From Phaeosaccion multiseriatum (taxonomy: Eukaryota > Protista > Ochrophyta, other classes): a DNA stretch of 64,000 nucleotides. The stretch covers positions 3,038,001-3,102,000 of the forward strand of contig OZ218958.1 of assembly GCA_965112735.1 (NCBI GenBank), given 5' to 3'. How positions within the stretch are numbered: position 1 is the first letter of the stretch; each line of letters starts with the position of its first letter. Under the pieces are notes generated by a model. It worked only from the letters and a program-made list of their open reading frames with translations, had not been told where the DNA came from and searched no databases. Both the position numbers and the translations under genes were made by a program. This document shows, piece by piece, positions 56,703-64,000 of this stretch.

Positions 56703-57740
56703 GGAGCCAGAAGCAGTGTATGTGTATGACCTCTCATGGTCGGAGAGCGAGGTGGAGGGGCGCAGCGGCGGACGATCAATATGGAGCAGTTGGTGCTGTG
56801 TTTCCATGTCCGTACACAGCGCCAAATCGACTTCATTGTGGGGGAGAGGCGTGCATGGAGCTCCTGCAGCGGAAAGCTCGGGAGGGCACCACTCAGTGTA
56901 CGGGAGCGGCTGGGACACCTCACAGAGAGCATGGACAGGCCCTTTCACGCCCCGAAGGGCGGCAGAGCGGAACCGCCCTCGACTCTTGGACGTGGTGCGG
57001 TCGTCGGACCAGCGCTTCCTCCCCGCCTTGTACCTCGGCCTCAGGAACACCAAAGTGTCCAAGGACCTCGATGCCGCGACAACCGTGGCGTGCAGGGGAG
57101 GCAGGCCGGGAAGGGGTCAGGCTTGCAGATGAAGCCTCCGAGGCGCTCTGGGCAGCGTGTGGGAGCACAGCGGCGGATGGTGAGGTCAGTAGGCTGGGGC
57201 AGAGGCAGAAGCAGCTCACTACGCGGATGCCCACGCTGCAGCTGCTGCTGGGAGGGGTGGACACTTCGGAGGGGGTAGAACGAAGACCAATGCCCAAGTT
57301 ACCATCAGTCACCCCTTGTCTTCGGTGCGTAGAAGGAGGAGGAGGGCGAGCAGGTAAAGGAGGGGGAATGAGAGCGAGCAGAGTTTGGTGTGTGTGTGTG
57401 TGTGTGTGCGTTGGGGGGGGGCGGGGTTGGAAGGAGTTGAGTAGGGTCGGAGGGCGTGATGAGAGAAATGGGGTGCGCCGCGAGGTGGGCATCGTTATTG
57501 ACTATTTGTGACGCTCTCTGTGTGTGTATGTGTGTGTGTGTGCCCTTCTCTCTTGACGGCCATCGATGGTCGATGTTCTTATTGTTTGCTCTCTGATGCT
57601 GCACTCCTGTCCTCGCCTATCCTCTGCCGTGCCCTCCCCCCGCTTTCCTCCTCTCCTCCCTCCTTCACTCCTCTCCTCTCCCGCCCTGTCCTCTCCCGCC
57701 CTGTCCTCTCCTATCCTGTTCTTACCTGTCCTCTCCTCTC
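56703..57740 (+). repeat. Duplicated cassette 3' flank (copy of about 28549-29740; third copy starts at 63817)
   Basis: Near-identical from ggagccagaagcagtgtatgtg through ...tcggagggcgtga, and again from ccttctctcttgacggccatcgatgg onward. Confidence 0.9.
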
Positions 57741-57851
57741 ATAACCCCCTCCGCTCTGCTCTCCTCTCCTTTCCTTTCCTCTTTTCTCCTTTCTCCTCCC
57801 TTCTCCTCTCCTCTCCTCTCTCTCCCCCTCCTCTCCCCTTCCGCCCCTCAG

Positions 57852-58006
57852 ATGGCGGTACGGACTACCACGACTGCCGGCGTGTGCTGGAGTACTTGCC
57901 ATGCTCTCTCAACATCGCCGACGTGTGCGCTCAGGGAGTCCACGCACAGCTCTTCACGGAGATCATCAGCCGATACGTGTACTTCGACAAGCGGGAGATG
58001 CCCAAG
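57852..58006 (+). pseudogene. Orphan exon (GTDYHDCRRVLEYLPCSLNIADVCAQGVHAQLFTEIISRYVYFDKREMPK)
   Basis: Long pyrimidine tract + CAG acceptor, AAG|GTAC donor, coding-like codon usage; follows the intron whose 5' part follows the 29387 exon in the other copy. Confidence 0.5.
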
Positions 58007-58472
58007 GTACAAAGAGATAGGCGTGTGTGTGAGAGTGTGTATGTGTATGTGCGTGCGTGTGTGTGCAAGGAGAGGCGGCGGCGGGTGGCAGTGGATGGGG
58101 GGTTAGACTGAAAGCTGTAAAGCTCATTCACTCGTGCACTCTTTGTTGTGGCCCCTCAGAGTCGCGGCTCTCTCTCCAGGGGGGCACGTTGCTTGACGGG
58201 TTGGTTGTGCGTGGGCTGTGCGTCCATTTGTTTGGTCTTGTGTTTGGCTGTTGCCGCTCTTTCCCGCTCCCTCGCGGCAGGGAGACAGGTGGAGAGAGCC
58301 TGGTGCATAATTGACCGGATTAGAACCAGGTGGAGGAGGGAGAGGGGAGGATAGAGGGGGGGAGGGGGTAGCAGCAGCAGTGGAAGAGGGACAGGTGAGG
58401 AAGCAGCACAGACACCAGCTGGGATGGAGAGGACCAACGGAGAGGAGGAAGGAGGAGGAGGAGGGAGGAGGA

Positions 58473-59441
58473 GGAGATTGGAAGAGTGTCAGTAGCGACG
58501 AGAGTTGCACCAGTGGTGACAGTGGCTTCGAGGGCGGCTTGATGTTGGATAATGTTGTCGCCAACCCCTCCTCCTCCTCCTCCTCCATGAGCCAGCAGGA
58601 GCTGGAGTTGCTCAAGTCTCTCTCCGTGCTTGTGCTGCTGGAGAAGCTTGATCCTCGCCTCCAAGTGCTCCTGCACACCGACGTTGGGCTGGATTGGAGG
58701 ACGTGGTTCACACACGTGGCCCAGGGGGGCACGGCCCACTCGGCTCTGAGGGTGGGCTCTCACCAACTGCTGGTGCTGCCCCGGGTCCAAGGGGAGGAGG
58801 TAGGGGCGGGCGGTCTGGCAGGGGCGGAGCACATGGGGCCATGGCGGCGGTTTGAAGGGGAGCATCCCGCGACTTCGGGAGGGGACGATGGTGCCGGTGC
58901 ACGTGGACCTGATGCTGGTGCGGGCAATGGCGAGGCTGAAGGAGGCCCGGACGGGGACGGCGAGCAAGACGAGGACGATGCCGCCCCTATTCTGCTGCTG
59001 GTGACGCTCCTCTCCGTCGCCCCGTCTGCTGCCACTGAGGGCACCGCTGCGGCAAACAGCCTCCAGCACAGTCAGCCCCGGTGCCAACAGCGACAGTTGG
59101 TGGTGCAGCAGCGGCGTCAAGCTTCGAGCGTGGAGATTGCCCTTGTACTCAAGGAAGAGAGGGCGCGCCTCACGTGGCGGCAGCGGCAGACGGTGGCAGC
59201 CTTCGTGGACTCTCTCTTGGCGTGGGCGAGTCGAGGCTTGGGCCTGCAGACACTCTGAGAGCAGGCAGGCAGTGAGGATGACGAAGATAGTCCAAGAAGG
59301 CACTGGGTTGTCGCACCGCTGCCGAAGGGAGGAGTGGAGGGGGTGGGGGGGGGGGGGGGTAAGATGGCAGGGCTCACTTTCGCCTCCGCTCCCGCGGACC
59401 CATGCGGTTGGTGCACTGTCGAAATCTGCACGGGACATTCT
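58473..59441 (+). pseudogene. Duplicated 3' end of SZT2 (copy of 23239-24212)
   Basis: Near-identical DNA from ggagattggaagagtgtc to cgggacattc; the frame stays open to the SZT2-equivalent stop at 59258 but upstream exons are missing. Confidence 0.92.
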
Positions 59442-59453
59442 TTTTTTTTTTAA

Positions 59454-59706
59454 CTCTCGATATGCGTAAGAATCGCCCAAATCGCCCCCAATAATTTTTT
59501 TGCACGAACTCCGCAAAATGAGGGTGGGAGAAGCGCTATAGCTCTTCTTGTAGCTCTTCGAGATGCCTATCGATCCATCTTGTAGTCTTTCGGCTTTCAT
59601 CACCTTTTCCCTGCCCTACTTGTCAGCATTTCTGCAAGAGCACTCCCCCATGCCGCCCGACTTCTAAAAAACGGGCGATTTGGGCGATTCTTACGCAAAT
59701 CGAGTG
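59454..59706. mobile_element. 253-bp piggyBac-like MITE with 34-bp TIRs and TTAA target-site duplication
   Basis: TTAA(59450-53)-CTCTCGATATGCGTAAGAATCGCCCAAATCGCCC ... GGGCGATTTGGGCGATTCTTACGCAAATCGAGTG-TTAA(59707-10); two mismatches between TIRs; absent from the paralogous site at about 24212-24250. Confidence 0.88.
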
Positions 59707-62112
59707 TTAAAAATAATGTGCATGGTAGTGTACCTGAAGCCCCTCGGGTAGATCTGCAGGCAGAGGGAACCCCATCCCCACCCTAAGCTCCCTCAGCCCA
59801 GCAGGTAGGCTCTCCAGAGGGCAGGAGTATTGAGGACTCAGTATAAGAGTCCGCAGAGAGGGAGGGAGGTCCAGGGGGAGGTAAAAGTCACGCGCCATTT
59901 GCACCTCCTCTACACCATTGGGAAGGACCACATGCTGATTGAAGCAGTCGCCAAAAGTGACCTTCTTCAGCGAGGAAGGGAGAACGATTGGCCTGTTGAA
60001 GTTTGAGTCCTCTGAAAAGCCCAGCTCCTCCAGAGAGCTTGGTAGCACCAAATCAGCCTGATCGAAGAGGAATCCAAAAGTGACCTTCTTCAGTGAGGAA
60101 GGGAGATCGATTGGCCTGTTGAACTCTGAGGCAGCTGCAAACTCCAGCCCCTCCAGACAGCGTGGTAGCACCAAATCAGCCTGATCGAAGAGTTCTCCAA
60201 AAGTGACCATCTTCAGCGAGGAAGGGAGATCGATTGGCCTGTTGAACTCTGAGTCCCATGAAAACTCCAGCACCTCCAGAGAGCTTGGTAGCACCAAATC
60301 AGCCTGATCGAAGAGTTCTCCAAAAGTGACCATCTTCAGGGAGGAAGGGAGAGCGATTGGCCTGTTGAAGTTTGAGTCCTCTGAAAAGCCCAGCTCCTCC
60401 AGAGAGCTTGGTAACACCAAATCAGCCTGATCGAAGGCTCTTCCAAAAGTGACCTTCTTCAGCGAGGAAGGGAGATCGATTGGCTTGTTGAACTCTGAGT
60501 ACTCTGAAAACTCCAGCTCCTCCAGAGAGCTTGGTAGCACTAAATCAGCCTGATCGAAGCATAATCCAAAAGTGACCTTCTTCAGTGAGGAAGGGAGTAC
60601 GATTGGCCTGTTGAACTCTGAGATTTTTGAAAACTCCAGCACCTCCAGAGAGCTTGGCAACACCAAATCAGCCTGATTGAAGTGTTGTCCAAAAGTGACC
60701 ATCTTCAGCGAGGAAGGGAGCACGATTGGCCTGTGGAACCTTGAGTACTCTGAAAACTCCAGCTCCTCCAGAGAGCTTGGTAGCACCAAATCAGCCTGAT
60801 CGAAGGCTTTTCCAAAAGTAACCTTCTTCAGCGAGGAAGGGAGAACGATTGGCCTGTTGAACTTTGAGCCCCCTGAAAACTCCAGCTCCTCCAGAGAGCT
60901 TGGTATCACCAAATCAGCCTGATTGAACCATTCTCCAAAAGTGACCCTCTTCAGCGAGGAAGGGAGAACGATAGGCCTCTTGAAAGCAGACCAATCTGGA
61001 AACTCCAACTCCTCCAGAGAGCTTGGTAGCACCAAATCAGCCTGATTGAAGTCTTCTCCAAAAGTGACCTTCTTCAGCGAGGAAGGGAGAACGATTGGCC
61101 TGTTGAACCTTGAGAGGCTTGAAAACTCCACCTCCTCCAGAGAGCTTGGTAGCACCAAATCAGCCTGATTGAAGTGATCTCCAAAATTCACCTTCTTCAG
61201 CGAGGAAGGGAGAACGATTGGCCTGTTGAACTCTGAGTACTCTGAAAACTTCAGCTCCTCCAGAGAGCTTGGTAGCACCAAATCAGCCTGATCGAAGGCA
61301 TTACCAAAAGTGACCTTCTTCAGCGAGGAAGGGAGCACGATTGGCCTGTTGAACCTTGAGTACTCTGAAAACTTCAGCTCCTCCAGAGAGCTTGGTAGCA
61401 CCAAATCAGCCTGATTGAAGTGTTCTCCAAAAGTGACCTTCTTCAGCGAGGAAGGGAGAACGATTGGCCGGTTGAACCTTGAGTCCCGTGCAAACTCCAC
61501 CTCCTCCACGGCGCTCGGTACAACAACGCGGCACGCATCGAAGAACGCCGAAAACCCCACACGCTTGACCAAGAGTGGCAGCAGTGCCAACACTTTGAGA
61601 GCAAGAGCCGTATCAGCAGAAATCAGCTCGTCAGCACATCCGAGTTGGATGCCGAGGCGCACCGCCTTGACGCGAAAGGAGCCCGCCATACCATGGTCCG
61701 GCTGCCTCGCCCTAACCCTCCCCGACCTTCGAAGCCCTTCCACGGCATTTCTTCCCCGCATGGAGGCGGGAGGAGGAGAGGAAGCCGCAGCAAGGCGTTG
61801 AGACTCCTCGCGCTCCCGCTGCTGCTGCTGCTTCAGCATGCTCAGCACACGCGACTGGATAGCTTGGGGCATGTCGGCGTTGATCACCAAAGCGCGTGAG
61901 GTTGACTTGTCGACCTCCTTGCATACGCCCCACAGAGCCTTGTTTGAAACACGGCCAGCAACCACCCTCAATGCCGCCGGCCCGCTGCTGCTGAGACTGG
62001 TGCGCTCTGGCAAGTTCCCCCCCGCTCCATCGGTCTTTTGATGACTTTGACTTTCTTCCATGACGCCGTCCCCCTCCTTCTTTTCACCTCCCTTCGACGT
62101 GGTGCCCCCCAT
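59707..62112 (-). CDS. FNIP-repeat protein C: 13 units, 801 aa, N-terminal MGGTTSK
   Basis: Intact intronless ORF with the same scaffold and cap as A and B. Confidence 0.9.
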   Translation of the reverse strand: MGGTTSKGGEKKEGDGVMEESQSHQKTDGAGGNLPERTSLSSSGPAALRVVAGRVSNKALWGVCKEVDKSTSRALVINADMPQAIQSRVLSMLKQQQQREREESQRLAAASSPPPASMRGRNAVEGLRRSGRVRARQPDHGMAGSFRVKAVRLGIQLGCADELISADTALALKVLALLPLLVKRVGFSAFFDACRVVVPSAVEEVEFARDSRFNRPIVLPSSLKKVTFGEHFNQADLVLPSSLEELKFSEYSRFNRPIVLPSSLKKVTFGNAFDQADLVLPSSLEELKFSEYSEFNRPIVLPSSLKKVNFGDHFNQADLVLPSSLEEVEFSSLSRFNRPIVLPSSLKKVTFGEDFNQADLVLPSSLEELEFPDWSAFKRPIVLPSSLKRVTFGEWFNQADLVIPSSLEELEFSGGSKFNRPIVLPSSLKKVTFGKAFDQADLVLPSSLEELEFSEYSRFHRPIVLPSSLKMVTFGQHFNQADLVLPSSLEVLEFSKISEFNRPIVLPSSLKKVTFGLCFDQADLVLPSSLEELEFSEYSEFNKPIDLPSSLKKVTFGRAFDQADLVLPSSLEELGFSEDSNFNRPIALPSSLKMVTFGELFDQADLVLPSSLEVLEFSWDSEFNRPIDLPSSLKMVTFGELFDQADLVLPRCLEGLEFAAASEFNRPIDLPSSLKKVTFGFLFDQADLVLPSSLEELGFSEDSNFNRPIVLPSSLKKVTFGDCFNQHVVLPNGVEEVQMARDFYLPLDLPPSLRTLILSPQYSCPLESLPAGLRELRVGMGFPLPADLPEGLQVHYHAHYF

Positions 62113-62331
62113 TGTACTCTCCCTCCTTCCCCCTTCCCAGCGTCACTGTGATACACGTGGGGGGGGGGGGGGAGACCGACTGATCGGGAATCGGGGGGGG
62201 ACGGACGATCCGATCCATCCAAGGACCTGACTTGACGTGTTGGTGCTAGATTCGTTGAGGGCTCACAGCTCCGAGGAGGGCTGGAAGCAGGGGGGTGGGC
62301 AACAATCGGCCTGTTTTCTTACGATTCCAAC

Positions 62332-63816
62332 ATGGAGGACATACATGCAAGTATTGCAGCAGTGAGCAGGAAGGAGGAGGTAGTGGAGCAGGCGTTGAGC
62401 GCGCACGGCAGCTACCTGGGGCTGAGCTTGGGAGGAGCAGCACCAGCAGCGGATGGTGAGAGGGAGGGGGTGAGGAAGGAGCTGTTGATGCACCTCCAAG
62501 CTTTGAGAGAGGAGAAGAAGCAGCTGAGAGAGGAGAAGGCGAAAGAGAGGGACGAGAAGGCGAAAGAGAAGGCTCACGAGAGGGACGAGAAGACGAAAGA
62601 GAAGGCTCACGAGCGGGACGATAAGGTACGCGAGATGGAGAAGGAGGCAAAGTTATTGGACGAGAGGACAAAAGAGAGGGACATGGAGAGAGAGAAGGAA
62701 CTGATCCTCCTCCGCCTCGAAGTACAACCCTCAGCAGCCCCCAGAGGCCGCAGCTCCCACAATCCGGACGCTGAGGTAGATGAGGGGAAGGCAGGGAGAG
62801 ACAGGAAGGGGGGTAGAAAGCGGCGACGTTCGACCTCCGGAAGAAAGGGTGGAGATGGCGGACGTGCTGCCTCTCATCGACTTCGCCTTCCTGGCTCGGG
62901 CGCCTGTGCCAGCGCCTTTGGTACGGAGGGGGTGTATGGAAAGGTGATGGAGCTCGTGGGAAAGGAGGAGTACGCTTTCGTGGCGACGGTGTGCAAGGAG
63001 TGGAGGGGGTACTACATTGTGGAACACGCAGCCACGACGAGCCAAAAGAGTGTGGTAGCGTCCATCGAGCGTGTCTACTGGGCCAGGAGGCACGGCTTCG
63101 AGCTTACAGTCGAAACGTTCAGGGCCGCTGCTCAGTATGGAGATGTGAGCATGTGCAAGGCCCTTCATCACATGGGCTGTCCCTGGAGTGAGGCGGTGTG
63201 CGAATCGGCATCGAGAAATGAGCGGCACAGCCTGCGTGTGCTCAAGTGGCTGCGCTCAGAGGACTCGGCTGACGCTAAGGAGGGGAAATGCCCGTGGAAT
63301 GTGGAGGTCTGCAATGTTGCTGCGGGGAGGGGGGACTTGCAACTGCTGGAGTGGCTTCTGTCGGATGACGTGAACGCCCCCTTTGATGAGTATGTGTGGC
63401 TCTGTGCTATTGAGTATGGGCACATCTCTACGCTGGCATGGCTGCTGAACAATCCCAAGGTCAGGGCTGAGCTGGACGAAGCGGGGGAGGGCAGTTTGTG
63501 GAGGAGGGGAGCTTGGACTGCTGCGTCTGACAGTCACCTGGACACTTTGCGGTGGCTGCATGCCAATGCGAGTGAGCTTTGTGATTGGGCCCCTGACGTA
63601 TGCCAATGTGCGGTTCAATACAGCAAGAGTCTAGAAATGCTGCAGTGGCTCCGCTCCGAAGAGGTGGGCTGTCCGTGGGACAAGCATGCGTGTCCAGAGA
63701 TCATCAAGACAATGCGCAGCACGCTTTGCCTTACTTGGGACATGGACGAGAACGTCTTTGAGGAGATTAAGCAGTGGGTGCATGCCAATAGGCACCCCTG
63801 CGACTGCGAGGACTGA
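62332..63816 (+). CDS. Coiled-coil + F-box-like + ankyrin-like protein, copy 3 (494 aa), partner of FNIP C
   Basis: Colinear paralogue with three 11-aa units. Confidence 0.88.
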   Translation: MEDIHASIAAVSRKEEVVEQALSAHGSYLGLSLGGAAPAADGEREGVRKELLMHLQALREEKKQLREEKAKERDEKAKEKAHERDEKTKEKAHERDDKVREMEKEAKLLDERTKERDMEREKELILLRLEVQPSAAPRGRSSHNPDAEVDEGKAGRDRKGGRKRRRSTSGRKGGDGGRAASHRLRLPGSGACASAFGTEGVYGKVMELVGKEEYAFVATVCKEWRGYYIVEHAATTSQKSVVASIERVYWARRHGFELTVETFRAAAQYGDVSMCKALHHMGCPWSEAVCESASRNERHSLRVLKWLRSEDSADAKEGKCPWNVEVCNVAAGRGDLQLLEWLLSDDVNAPFDEYVWLCAIEYGHISTLAWLLNNPKVRAELDEAGEGSLWRRGAWTAASDSHLDTLRWLHANASELCDWAPDVCQCAVQYSKSLEMLQWLRSEEVGCPWDKHACPEIIKTMRSTLCLTWDMDENVFEEIKQWVHANRHPCDCED

Positions 63817-64000
63817 GGAGCCAGAAGCAGTGTATGTGTATGGCCTCTCATGGTCGGAGAGCGAGGTGGAGGACTCAGCGGCGAACGTTCAATGTGGAGC
63901 AGTTGGTGCTATGTTTTCATGTCCGTACACAGCGCCAAATCGACTTCATTGTGGGGGAGAGGCGTGCATGGAGCTCCTGCAGCGGAAAGCTCGGGAGGGC

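Noticed and set aside
24246-63816. Diversity-generating retroelement as the source of hypervariability
   Set aside because: No reverse transcriptase or template repeat is visible, and the changes do not look adenine-specific.
1-64000. tRNA, rRNA or other structured RNA genes
   Set aside because: None recognised by eye; tRNAscan-SE or Infernal would be needed to exclude them.

Overview
Eukaryotic, GC-rich, intron- and microsatellite-rich genomic DNA. It is most likely from a photosynthetic stramenopile (ochrophyte), because several genes carry signal peptides cleaved before a Phe, the bipartite plastid-targeting pattern. The housekeeping backbone is: a giant multi-exon SZT2 (KICSTOR) gene (window start to 24036), a Csm1/Pcs1/TITAN9-like monopolin gene, plastid NDC1, a plastid DDX21/RH3-type DEAD-box helicase, ClpS, a DUF924 protein and YIPF1/2. 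Interspersed is an intronless two-gene cassette present three times (about 24.2-28.5, 53.0-56.7 and 59.7-63.8 kb), plus relics at 30-35 kb. Each cassette has an FNIP-repeat (LRR-like) gene head-to-head, across a 197-263 bp spacer, with a coiled-coil / F-box-like / ankyrin-like gene. The FNIP genes are built from a 123-bp (41-aa) unit with an almost invariant scaffold and two hypervariable windows. They have 15, 9 and 13 units, and identical modules recur at different positions in different paralogues. The partner proteins form an exact 11-aa length ladder (472/483/494/505 aa) and show clustered amino-acid changes. This is the best candidate for an undescribed system: a rapidly diversifying paired recognition locus (immunity, allorecognition or toxin-antidote; function is inferred only). 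Two small TIR elements and several dispersed DNA motifs are also present. All homology calls come from recalled family motifs, not database searches.
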